64,000 nucleotides of DNA. Origin: an uncultured Burkholderiales bacterium (GTDB lineage Bacteria; Pseudomonadota; Gammaproteobacteria; Burkholderiales; SHXO01). The notes under the pieces are model-generated. The model saw only the letters and a list, made by a program, of their open reading frames with translations. It made no database searches and was not told where the DNA came from. The position numbers were made by a program, and so were the translations under genes. This document shows positions 1 to 11,005 of this stretch, one piece after another. Each line of letters begins with the position of its first letter. Positions within the stretch are counted from its first letter, which is position 1. The DNA is taken from positions 9,240 through 73,239 of the forward strand of contig CAZFYX010000072.1 of NCBI GenBank assembly GCA_964523885.1. Direction: 5' to 3'.

Positions 1-34
1 CGGCATGCTGAGTCACCGTCACCACCAATGGCCA

Positions 35-446
35 GAGACAGGGTAAGGAGGTGACGCCAACGGGGCGGTCGCTCTGTCTGCGCTGCGCGCGCCACCCTCA
101 CCCCGGCCCTCTCCCGTCAAGGGAGAGGGGGAGCATATCGGTGAAGGAAGTCGTGCGGATCTGCCTGGCAGCAGCCCGGGCTGGAGATGGGTCGAGAGCG
201 CTGCAGTGCGAGAGCGCTGATACGCACGGCGGTGGTGCAGTTCCCCCTCTCCCCTTGCGGGAGAGGGCTGGGGTGAGGGGTACAACAGATGTGGTTCTCA
301 CGTTGCGTTCACGCGGCTCACCCTCACCCCAACCGTCTCCCGTCAAGGGAGGGCTCCAGTGGCGCGAGCGCATCGGTTGACCGCGATTCGGTACTCTGGA
401 GAGGATCCCCTCTCCCCTTGCGGGAGAGGTACAGGGTAAGGGGTGG
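35..446. repeat. Cluster of REP-like hairpin elements. Core is CCCTCTCCC-loop-GGGAGAGGG plus a G-rich tail GGGGTGAGGGG. Copies alternate in orientation.
   Basis: Copies read directly at 35-53 (partial), 92-131 (-), 241-282 (+), 318-353 (-) and 406-446 (+). The track ORFs 19..285, 51..380 and 98..373 are translations of these repeats (PLPLRERG / PSPARGEG strings). Confidence 0.85.
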
Positions 447-519
447 TGGAGATCAGGGTATTTCGCACCACCGCCTGCCGCGTATACTCATCGGCACCTT
501 GCGATCGCACCTCCTGACC

Positions 520-978
520 ATGCACCGAACACCGCAAGCGATCCTCGTCGTCCTCTTCGTTGCGAACCTGTTCTGCGCAACGTCGGCGCAAGCCGACGGC
601 GGCGAGCAGGCGGTAGCGGCTGCGCTCGTGGGCTGGGCCGATGCCTACAACAGCCGTGACGCCGACCGCATCACTGCACTCTACGCGCCCGATGCGCTGT
701 TCTGGGGTACGCGTTCGAACACGCTCGCCGACCGACCCGAGCAGATCGCGGCCTACTTCGCGGAGTCGGTGCGCAATCCCAACCTGCGCGTCGCCCTGGG
801 CGAGCATCGCATCCGGGTCTACGGTGACGTCGGGCTCGCGGCAGGGAGCTACACGGTGCGCGACCTGAAGAACGGCCAGGAGATCTTCACGCCGGGCCGC
901 TTCACGTTCGTGTTCGAGAAGCGCGGAGAGCTGTGGGTGATCGTGCATCACCACTCCTCGCGCATGCCGTCACCCTGA
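520..978 (+). CDS. Secreted SnoaL-like / DUF4440 (NTF2-fold) protein
   Basis: Same frame as track ORF 289..978, but the first 77 codons are translated REP repeats, so the start is moved to ATG 520. The N-terminus is signal-like (MHRTPQAILVVLFVANLFCATSAQA). WADAYNSRDADRITALYAPDALFWG is typical of DUF4440/SnoaL-like domains. Confidence 0.6.
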   Translation: MHRTPQAILVVLFVANLFCATSAQADGGEQAVAAALVGWADAYNSRDADRITALYAPDALFWGTRSNTLADRPEQIAAYFAESVRNPNLRVALGEHRIRVYGDVGLAAGSYTVRDLKNGQEIFTPGRFTFVFEKRGELWVIVHHHSSRMPSP

Positions 979-981
979 CAC

Positions 982-2046
982 GTGCGGCGCCGGGACTTCC
1001 TGCTCGCGGCGCCTGCGCTCGTCGTGCCGTGGCCGGCGTACGCCCGGTATCCGGCGGTGCAGGCGGGCGCGCGACTGCAGTTTCCGCGTGACCACGGCGC
1101 ACACCCCGACTTCCGCACGGAGTGGTGGTACATCACCGGCTGGGTGGAGGACACCGGCGGCCGTCGCTTCGGCATCCAGATCACGTTCTTCCGCAACCGC
1201 CCGCTGCTGCAGGAGGACAATCCGAGCGCCTTCGCGCCGACGCAGCTGCTCTTCGCGCATGCGGCTCTGGCCGATCCGCGCATCGGCCACCTGCTGCACG
1301 ATCAGCGCGCCGCCCGCGCGGGCTTCGACCTTGCGGCTGCCGGCACCGGCACGACGGATGTCCGCATCGACGACTGGTCGCTGGCACTCGACGAGGCCGG
1401 CTATTCGGCGCGGATCCTCTCGCGAGAATTCTCGATGCAGCTGCAGTTCCGGCCCACGCAACCCGTGCTGCTGCAGGGCGAGGCGGGATACAGCCGCAAG
1501 GGGCCGCGACCGACCCAGGCCAGCTACTACTACAGCCGGCCGCACCTCGAGGTTCGAGGAACGCTGCGCACGCCGCAGGGCGATGCCGCGGTGACCGGCG
1601 CCGCATGGCTGGATCACGAATGGTCCAGCGAGATCCTCGATGCCACCGCGGCGGGGTGGGATTGGGCCGGCATCAATCTCGACGACGGCGCGGCGCTCAC
1701 CGTGTTCCGGATCCGTGGAAAGGACGGCGGCACCATCTGGGCCGGCGGCAGCTATCGCGGGCCCGACGGACGCACGCAGGCACTGACCCCGCACGAGGTG
1801 ACGTTCGTGCCACTGCGCCGATGGCGCTCCCCGCGCACGGGCGTGGAGTATCCCGTGTCGATGCGCGTGCAGTGGCCGCAACACACGCTCGACCTGGTGC
1901 CGCTCATGGATGACCAGGAGCTCGACGCACGGGCGAGCACCGGCACGATCTACTGGGAGGGCGCCGTGCGAGCGGTCGAGTCCGGCCGCGATGTCGGGCG
2001 CGGCTACCTGGAGTTGACCGGATACTGGCGACCGCTCAAGCTATGA
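982..2046 (+). CDS. AttH/CrtC-family lipocalin-like secreted hydrolase/hydratase
   Basis: 354-aa ORF with a twin-arginine N-terminus (MRRRDFLLAAPALV). The motif FPRDHGAHPDFRTEWWYITGW is characteristic of the AttH / hydroxyneurosporene-synthase-like family. It is a paralog of the crtC at 42456..43442. Confidence 0.7.
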   Translation: MRRRDFLLAAPALVVPWPAYARYPAVQAGARLQFPRDHGAHPDFRTEWWYITGWVEDTGGRRFGIQITFFRNRPLLQEDNPSAFAPTQLLFAHAALADPRIGHLLHDQRAARAGFDLAAAGTGTTDVRIDDWSLALDEAGYSARILSREFSMQLQFRPTQPVLLQGEAGYSRKGPRPTQASYYYSRPHLEVRGTLRTPQGDAAVTGAAWLDHEWSSEILDATAAGWDWAGINLDDGAALTVFRIRGKDGGTIWAGGSYRGPDGRTQALTPHEVTFVPLRRWRSPRTGVEYPVSMRVQWPQHTLDLVPLMDDQELDARASTGTIYWEGAVRAVESGRDVGRGYLELTGYWRPLKL

Positions 2047-2071
2047 ACCAGTCATCGGGAGAGGCAGGACG

Positions 2072-3235
2072 ATGAGGCGCAGGACGCTGCTTGTTGCGGC
2101 GGCAGCCGCGGTCGGCGCCGGCGCAGCCGGGCTGGGCTGGCGGGCGTACCGCAACGGCGTGTTCAGTGCGGGCCGGGGTCCCGCCTATGAAGCATGGCGA
2201 ACCTGGAGACCGGATGGCAGCGGCCCGATGCACGCGGTCCACGCTGCCATCCTCGCCGCCAGCCCGCACAACACGCAGCCCTGGCTGTTCCGGGTCACCG
2301 ACACCAGCATCGACCTGCTCGCGGACCGGGAGCGCAACATTGGCAGCATCGATCCCTTCCGCCGGGAGATGCACATCGGTCTCGGCTGTGCACTCGAGAA
2401 CCTCGTGATCGCCGCCCGCGCAGCGGGTCACGAACCCGGCATCACTCTGCTGCCCGACGGCGCCGACGCGCCGCGCGTTGCCGCCGTACAGCTGGCGCCG
2501 GCGGGGAAGCAGGCCTCGCCGCTCTCCGATGCTATCGCGCACCGCCATACCAACCGCGGGCCCTACGACGTCGCGAGACCGCTGTCGGACGCTGCCTTCG
2601 AGGCGATGCAGGGACTGGGCAGCGACCTCCCGGACGTGGGCATGCGCTGGTTCACTTCCGATCGCGACCGCAGCGAGCTCTCCTCGCTCATCGTCGCCGC
2701 CACCGAGGCGATCATCGCCGACAGGCAGCAGTCTGCCGACAGCACGCGGTGGTTCCGGATGTCGTGGGAGCAACTGCAGCGGCACCGCGATGGCGTCACG
2801 CTCGACGCGGCGGGGCTTGCGCCGGTGGTGCTTGCGGTTGCCAAGTTGCTGCCGCCGATGTCGGCGGAAGACAGCGACGCGGCCTGGCTGAAGGCAACGC
2901 GCGAGGTCCATGTCGCCACGGCGCCCGCCTTCGGGCTCATCGTCGTGCGCGATGCGCGCGACGATCGGCAGCGCCTGCAAGGGGGGCGGCTGTGGCAGCG
3001 CGTGCACTTGTGGGCTGCGGGCCAGGGCATCGCGATGCAGCCGCTCAACCAGGTGCTGGAGCGAGCGGATCGCGAGGCGAGCCAGGGGCTCGAAGCGAAG
3101 TTCGGTGCCGCGATGAAGCACCTGGTCGGCGAAACCGGCTGGCAGGCACTCATGCCGTTCCGGCTCGGCTATCCGCAGCGCGCGGCGCAGCCCAGCCCGC
3201 GTCGGTTGCCCGAGGAGGTGGTGGTCAGGATGTAG
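2072..3235 (+). CDS. Acg-family nitroreductase-like FMN oxidoreductase (Tat signal)
   Basis: 387-aa ORF with a Tat-like N-terminus (MRRRTLLVAAAAAVGAGAAG). Contains SPHNTQPW and IGLGCALENL nitroreductase-fold motifs. Confidence 0.65.
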   Translation: MRRRTLLVAAAAAVGAGAAGLGWRAYRNGVFSAGRGPAYEAWRTWRPDGSGPMHAVHAAILAASPHNTQPWLFRVTDTSIDLLADRERNIGSIDPFRREMHIGLGCALENLVIAARAAGHEPGITLLPDGADAPRVAAVQLAPAGKQASPLSDAIAHRHTNRGPYDVARPLSDAAFEAMQGLGSDLPDVGMRWFTSDRDRSELSSLIVAATEAIIADRQQSADSTRWFRMSWEQLQRHRDGVTLDAAGLAPVVLAVAKLLPPMSAEDSDAAWLKATREVHVATAPAFGLIVVRDARDDRQRLQGGRLWQRVHLWAAGQGIAMQPLNQVLERADREASQGLEAKFGAAMKHLVGETGWQALMPFRLGYPQRAAQPSPRRLPEEVVVRM

Positions 3236-3977
3236 CGCCCAGCTCCGACCGCAACTTCGCCAGGAATGTCCGGATCCGCTTCGCGTTCTGCCCGATGTCG
3301 CTGCGACCGAGCCGCGACTTCGAGCGCACGTCCACCCGCGCCCCCTGGCCGGTGTGCGTCAGGCGCACCGCCATGTCGTCGGTGAAGCCGTACCAGAAGC
3401 TGGTCTGGCTCGCCTCGATGGTCCCCGCCGCGGGATCCGCGCCATTGATCTTCATCCCCATCCCTTCGAGCACCTTGCGCGCGGCCTCGAATACCTTGGC
3501 CTCGGGGGCGCTGAACGTCGCCGGCACGATGTCCGGATAGGCCTGCTTCTGCTGCGCGGCGACCTCGGGACCGTCGTACGTCACGGGGTGGTCGCCTTCC
3601 CTGCGCAGCGTGGCGGCGACCACGAGCTGGGGCGGGTCGTCCGTATCCGTGGTGATGTCGTGGATGTAGGGCAGGGCATCGACCGTCTGCTTCCACTTCC
3701 ACGGGACGTAGGCGAAGCCAAGCGCGATGACCAGGCCGGCGATCCCCGCGACGACCGTGCCGCGCACTCCGCCGGACAGGAGGACGCCGAGCAAGGACAG
3801 GGCCGCGGCCGCGAGCGCGATGAAGAACGCGAAGCGCAGGATCAGGAAACCGGTGCGGAAGTGCCAGAGGTCGGCCCGATAGCCCAGTCCCGAAGCTGCG
3901 GCAGCCGCCACGCACAGGATGGCGACGACGAGGCCGGCGACGGCAAGCCACCGGCCTGCAGTGGTTGCAGCACTCAT
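3225..3977 (-). CDS. DUF1499-family membrane protein
   Basis: 250-aa ORF with N-terminal hydrophobic segments. The C-terminal part (FTDDMAVRL...RSKSRLGRSDIGQNAKRIRTFL) resembles the DUF1499 signature. Confidence 0.6.
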   Translation of the reverse strand: MSAATTAGRWLAVAGLVVAILCVAAAAASGLGYRADLWHFRTGFLILRFAFFIALAAAALSLLGVLLSGGVRGTVVAGIAGLVIALGFAYVPWKWKQTVDALPYIHDITTDTDDPPQLVVAATLRREGDHPVTYDGPEVAAQQKQAYPDIVPATFSAPEAKVFEAARKVLEGMGMKINGADPAAGTIEASQTSFWYGFTDDMAVRLTHTGQGARVDVRSKSRLGRSDIGQNAKRIRTFLAKLRSELGATS

Positions 3978-4082
3978 GTGGGTCTCCCCCGACGAAGATC
4001 GCAGCCTATTGTGCGCTCATCGGACAGAGGCGTCCGGCGAGTCCGGAGCTGCCGGCACGAAGGGCCGCGACGCCGCCGGGGA

Positions 4083-5189
4083 TCACGCCTTGGTGCGGCC
4101 CAGTTCGCGGCGCAGGTATTCGTGCAGGTGGACCATGCCGTCCTCATGCGGCGAGTGGTAGGGACCGACGTCCTCCTCGCCGTTGAGGTACATGGCGCGG
4201 CGCCCCTTCTGGAACCAGGTGCAGATCTCGGAGTCCTCGGCCGCGGACTCGGCGTACGCGGCCTGGTGCGCCTCGACCAGCTCGCGCTCGAACAGCGCGA
4301 CTTCCTCCGGGTAGAAGAACTGCACGATGTTGAGCGTTTGCTCCGGCGACACCGGCAGCAGCGTGCTGACCACCAGCGAATACGGATACCACTCGAGCAT
4401 CACGTTGGGATAGAGGATGCACCAGAGCGTCCCGTACTTGGGCAGGTCGCCGTTGCCGTACTGGAGGATGGCGTTGCGGTAACGGGTGTAGTGCGGCGAC
4501 ACCTGGTTGCGCAGCTCGTCCTTGATGCCCAGGATCTGGTAGGACCAGCGCTCGCCGAAGCCCCACTTGTAGTTGCCCGGGTCGACGAAGTACTGCAGGC
4601 CGGGGTGGTAGGGCACGACGTGGTACATCTCCAGGAAGATCTCGAGGAAGTTCTTCCAGTTGTAGCCGAGCACGTCGACCTGCTGGCGCTCGAACACGTA
4701 GCCGCTGAAGTCGAACTCGTGCGCGAGTGGGAACTCCGCGAGGTCCTTGACCGCGTCGCGCGGGCCCCGGAAGAGCAGCCCGTGCCAGTTGGTGAGCGGC
4801 GTCTCCACCAGCCCCATGTCGGGGTTGCGGTCGAACTCCGGCGCGCCCATCAGCTTGCCGTCCAGCCCGTAGGTCCACTTGTGCACCGGGCAGACGACGT
4901 TGCTCACGTTGCCTCGGCCTTCGAGCAGCAGTGACTGGCGATGACGGCAGACGTTGTTGAACAGGCGCACCCCGCCGGGGCTGCGCACCAGCATCTTGCC
5001 GTGCCTGGCCCAGTCCAGGGTGTAGTAGTCTCCCTCGTTGGGCACCATCAGCTCGTGGCCGACATAGCCCGGACCCTGCTCGAACAGGAGTTTCTGCTCG
5101 AGCGCGAAGATCTCCGGGTCGAAGTACCAGGAGACGGGCAGCTGGGAGGCGCTGGGCTTCAGTTGCGCGCCGGTCGGGATGTCGGTCAT
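4083..5189 (-). CDS. Rieske [2Fe-2S] non-heme-iron oxygenase, alpha-subunit type
   Basis: 368-aa ORF with the Rieske motif CRHR-x16-CPVHKW, followed by a catalytic-domain-sized C-terminus. Confidence 0.8.
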   Translation of the reverse strand: MTDIPTGAQLKPSASQLPVSWYFDPEIFALEQKLLFEQGPGYVGHELMVPNEGDYYTLDWARHGKMLVRSPGGVRLFNNVCRHRQSLLLEGRGNVSNVVCPVHKWTYGLDGKLMGAPEFDRNPDMGLVETPLTNWHGLLFRGPRDAVKDLAEFPLAHEFDFSGYVFERQQVDVLGYNWKNFLEIFLEMYHVVPYHPGLQYFVDPGNYKWGFGERWSYQILGIKDELRNQVSPHYTRYRNAILQYGNGDLPKYGTLWCILYPNVMLEWYPYSLVVSTLLPVSPEQTLNIVQFFYPEEVALFERELVEAHQAAYAESAAEDSEICTWFQKGRRAMYLNGEEDVGPYHSPHEDGMVHLHEYLRRELGRTKA

Positions 5190-5385
5190 GTCGCGTCCTC
5201 GTCACGAGCCCCTGCGGGCGTCGTCAGGGCCCGAAGTTTACCGCCAAAGATGGCGGGAAGAGTTTGATTTGCAGCAAGGTCCGGGCCTCCCGGCGCGATG
5301 CGGCGAGCCCTCTGGCCCTTGCCTCGCGCAGCGGGTTTCTGCATAGTGCGCGCCTCCCGTTACGGCTGTTCTTCCCATCCGCCCC

Positions 5386-7803
<2,418 letters not shown>

Positions 7804-7922
7804 TCTCCGGAGATTGCCTGTACCATGTCGGTACGGATGCCCGCCCCGTTTAACCTGGATCAACAATTCCGCCGCGGGCGCCGGGCAACATGGCCCGGTC
7901 CCTGGCATGGAGAGGTTGTGCG

Positions 7923-8333
7923 ATGACGACGATGGAGTGGAATGCGGCGCTCGAGCTGGGCGTGGACACGATGGATGACACGCACCGCGACTTCGTCCGC
8001 TGCGTCAATGCCCTGGGTGAGGCGAGCGACGCCGACATGATGGCCCGGTTCGAGGAGCTGTACCAGCACACCATCGAGCACTTCGGCCAGGAAACGGAGT
8101 GGATGAAGCAGATCAGCTTCCCGCCCCTGCACTGCCACACCGCCGAGCACGATGGCGTGCTCGAAGTGATGCGCGAGGTGCGCGGCTACCTGCAGCAGGG
8201 CAACTACGAAGTCGGGCGCGTTCTTGCGCGGGAACTGGCGACCTGGTTCAAGAGCCATGCCGCCACCATGGACGCGATGCTCGCGCAGGTGCTCAAGGCC
8301 CACGCCAGGCCGCTCGCAGCCGACGCCGCCTGA
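7923..8333 (+). CDS. Hemerythrin-like metal-binding protein (bacteriohemerythrin)
   Basis: Frame of ORF 7890..8333. MEWNAALELGVDTMDDTHRDFV together with the downstream H/E/D ligand pattern (EHF, HCHTAEHD, KSHAATMD) fits hemerythrin. The start at 7923 is uncertain; 7890 and 7932 are also possible. Confidence 0.7.
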   Translation: MTTMEWNAALELGVDTMDDTHRDFVRCVNALGEASDADMMARFEELYQHTIEHFGQETEWMKQISFPPLHCHTAEHDGVLEVMREVRGYLQQGNYEVGRVLARELATWFKSHAATMDAMLAQVLKAHARPLAADAA

Positions 8334-9046
8334 TGGCCGAGGCAGTTCCGCCGGCCCAGGTCGAGATCCCGCCGCGCGACGGTCCCGCGGCACAACTCTT
8401 CATCCTGCTGCACGGGGTCGGCTCGAACCCCGAGTCGATGCTCGGCCTCGCCGAAGCATTGCGCGGCGCCTTCCCGCGCGCTGCCATCGTCGCCCCTGAA
8501 GGCTTTGACCGGTTCGACCTTGGCAGCAGCGGGCGCCAGTGGTTCTCCGTGCGCGGCATCGACGAGGCCAATCGCCCCGCGCGGGTAGCGGCCGCGTTGC
8601 CGCGACTGGTGCAGTTCATCCGCGAGCAACAGGAGCGCTGGAAGGTTTTCCCCAATGCCACCGCGCTGGCCGGCTTCTCGCAGGGCGCGATCATGGCGCT
8701 GGAGGCGGTGGCGAAGCACGACGGGCTGGGCGGGCGCGTGCTGGCATTCGCCGGTCGCTATGCGTCGCTGCCGGGGACTGCCCCGGACTATACGACCATC
8801 CACCTGTTCCACGGCGGAGAGGACACGGTCATTCCGGTGTCCCATGCCAACGCGGCGCTCGATCATCTTGCCGGCATGAACGGCGACGTGACGCTGGACA
8901 TCGCACACGAGGTCGGCCATGCGCTGCATCCGGTGATGATCGATCTTGCCATCGAGCGCTTGCAGAACAGAGTGCCGCTGCGCTCGTGGCAGCGGGCGCT
9001 CGGTGCGGTCATCCCGCCATCCGCGTTGCGCGACCAGGACCAGTAG
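8333..9046 (+). CDS. Phospholipase/carboxylesterase-family alpha/beta hydrolase (YpfH-like)
   Basis: Frame of ORF 8099..9046, with the start taken at ATG 8333, which overlaps the hemerythrin TGA (TGATG). LFILLHGVGSN and the nucleophile elbow GFSQGA are present. Confidence 0.75.
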   Translation: MAEAVPPAQVEIPPRDGPAAQLFILLHGVGSNPESMLGLAEALRGAFPRAAIVAPEGFDRFDLGSSGRQWFSVRGIDEANRPARVAAALPRLVQFIREQQERWKVFPNATALAGFSQGAIMALEAVAKHDGLGGRVLAFAGRYASLPGTAPDYTTIHLFHGGEDTVIPVSHANAALDHLAGMNGDVTLDIAHEVGHALHPVMIDLAIERLQNRVPLRSWQRALGAVIPPSALRDQDQ

Positions 9047-9132
9047 CGCTCTCCGCGGCCGCGTTCGTCGGCTGCCTGGGGTCTTGTTCCGATTGAGTCG
9101 GGGGCGAGAACTCCGGTTGTGAACATCCCGCG

Positions 9133-9540
9133 TCTCACCCTCACCCCAGCCCACTCCCGTCGAGGGAAAGGGGGAACACATCGGTCGGTGAAGGTGAGTG
9201 GTTCTACCTGCCAGCAACGAGGACCGGAACCGGATCGAGAGATACTGCTGATGTACGGATTCTGAGGCTGAGCGTTAGCGTAGCCGCCCGCAACAGCGCG
9301 CAGTTCCCCCACTCCCCTTGCGGGAGAGGGCCGGGGTGAGGGGCACGAGTGACGCGCTTGTGGCCGTCACCCTCACCCTACCCTCTTCCGTCGAGGGAGA
9401 CGGAGAACACAGCATGGGCTGAGACTGGGGTGCAGGCACAGCGTTGCCGCGCAGTGTTCCCTCTACCCTTGCGGGAGAGGGTCAGGGTGAGGGGTAAGCA
9501 ACGCGCGGGCTCTTCGCCGCAAATCACTCTCACCCTCACA
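9133..9540. repeat. Second cluster of the same REP-like family
   Basis: Copies at 9133-9175 (-), 9304-9343 (+), 9367-9404 (-) and 9458-9495 (+), plus a partial at 9524-9540. The ORFs 9349..9792 and 9378..9572 are repeat translations. Confidence 0.85.
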
Positions 9541-9568
9541 CACCGCCGTCCATTCCACCGCCTGTCCC

Positions 9569-10312
9569 TCACCCGCCATAGCGTTCAGTCCGGACGCTGG
9601 CGGCTGGGATGGCGAGCTGCGCGAGCAGCCCGGTCACATGCCCCACGAACGCATTGGTGCCGCACACGAACACCGTCACAGGCACCGCTCCCAGCGCACC
9701 AAGCGCCTCGCGCAGCAGCGCCTCGTCGACGCGGCCACGCCGCGTGCCGGGCGTCGCCTCGACCTCGCGGGTCAATGTCGGCAGGTAGCTGAACCCGTTC
9801 CCCGCCGCAGCCTGGAGCGCCGCACCGAAGATCAGGTCCGCTGCCGTGCGCGCCGAGTACACCAATGCCAGCGGCACCCTGCTGCCGCTCAATGCACGAT
9901 GCCGCACCATCGAGACCAGCGGCACTACACCCGAACCGCCGCCCACCAGCAGTGCGGGCCCTTCGACGTCCGAGCGCCAGACGAAGTGTCCGCCGATCGG
10001 TCCGCGCAGCTCGATTCCGTCGCCGACGGCGGCGACATCGTGGAAGAACGGCGAGACTTCGCCATCGTCGAGCCGCTCGATGGCGAGCTCGATGTCGTCG
10101 CCGGCTTCTGGCGCCGACGCGATCGAGTAGCTGCGCTGGGCCTGGTAGCCATCCGGTGCAGTCAGGCGCACGTCCACGTGCTGGCCTGCATGAAAGCGGA
10201 ACGGCCGTGGCAGGCGGAAGAAGAAGCTCCTGACCGTCGGCGTGCGGACCTCTATCGCGGTGATGGTCGCCGTCTGCCACGCGATCCGTGCTGGCGGCGC
10301 GGCATCCGGCAT
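9569..10312 (-). CDS. Ferredoxin-NADP reductase-type FAD/NAD(P)H oxidoreductase
   Basis: C-terminal 248 codons of ORF 9569..10786. Start at ATG 10312 (MPDAAPP). Carries the FAD motif RSYSIAS and the NAD(P)H motif GGGSGVVP. Confidence 0.75.
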   Translation of the reverse strand: MPDAAPPARIAWQTATITAIEVRTPTVRSFFFRLPRPFRFHAGQHVDVRLTAPDGYQAQRSYSIASAPEAGDDIELAIERLDDGEVSPFFHDVAAVGDGIELRGPIGGHFVWRSDVEGPALLVGGGSGVVPLVSMVRHRALSGSRVPLALVYSARTAADLIFGAALQAAAGNGFSYLPTLTREVEATPGTRRGRVDEALLREALGALGAVPVTVFVCGTNAFVGHVTGLLAQLAIPAASVRTERYGG

Positions 10313-10914
10313 CAGTCGCCGTCGTAGCGCTGCTCGCGCCAGGGATCGCCGTACATGTGGTAGCCGCGCAGCTCCCAGAACCCGGCCTCGTCGCGCTCGG
10401 TGAACTGCAGCGCCTTCACCCACTTCGCCGACTTCCAGAAGTAGAGATGCGGCACCAGCAGCCGCGCCGGGCCGCCGTGATCGGGGGTGACCGGCTTGCC
10501 GTCGTAGGCGATCGCGATCATCGCGCGGCCGCCGACGAGGTCCGGCGTCGGCACGTTGGTGGCGTAGTCGTCGAAGGAATGCGCCAGCGTGAAGCCGCTC
10601 GGCGCCTCCACGCCCGCATCGGCGAGCAGATCGTCGATCGACACCCCTTCCCAGCGCGTGTCGAACTTGCTCCACTTGGTGACGCAGTGGATGTCGCCCG
10701 CCCAGGCAGTGATCGGCAGCTGGATGAACTGCGCCCAGGTCCAGCTCTTGATCGTCCGCGGGCCGACCTTCAGGGCGAAGCTCCACGTCTCGAGCGGCAC
10801 GGCGGGTGTGGGCCCCGCCGACAGCACCGGGAAATCGTCGGTCTCGAACTGGCCGGGCGGCAGGCGCGTGCGAGAGGCGCCGCCGCCGCGGCCGGTGAAT
10901 CCTCGTGTTGCCAT
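10312..10914 (-). CDS. Sulfite-oxidase-fold molybdopterin oxidoreductase (small, YedY/SO-like)
   Basis: C-terminal 201 codons of ORF 10312..11142. Start MATRGFTGR at 10914. Motifs IHCVTKWSK and GGPARLLVPHLYFWKSAKW. Its stop overlaps the downstream reductase start by 1 nt (TGATG). Confidence 0.75.
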   Translation of the reverse strand: MATRGFTGRGGGASRTRLPPGQFETDDFPVLSAGPTPAVPLETWSFALKVGPRTIKSWTWAQFIQLPITAWAGDIHCVTKWSKFDTRWEGVSIDDLLADAGVEAPSGFTLAHSFDDYATNVPTPDLVGGRAMIAIAYDGKPVTPDHGGPARLLVPHLYFWKSAKWVKALQFTERDEAGFWELRGYHMYGDPWREQRYDGD

Positions 10915-11005
10915 CAAGACCCTCCTGGCGCGGTGTGCATACCAGCGTGGAGTGCCGGTGCAGCGCCCGATTATGGCATCGCGGCGGCGTGGTGCGCGTG
11001 GCTGC

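Noticed and set aside
19-380. ORFs 19..285, 51..380, 98..373 (and 9349..9792, 9378..9572, 36960..37142, 41956..42459) as possible repeat-containing proteins
   Set aside because: Their translations (PLPLRERG, PSPARGEG, decapeptide LIxAARAAPx repeats) are simply read-through of REP-like or tandem DNA repeats. They lack starts with an SD and coding-type codon bias.
3354-4934. 526-aa ORF on the plus strand
   Set aside because: It is antisense to the DUF1499 and Rieske genes, which have clear family motifs. It has an Arg/Gly/Asp-rich low-complexity translation typical of spurious long ORFs in very GC-rich DNA.
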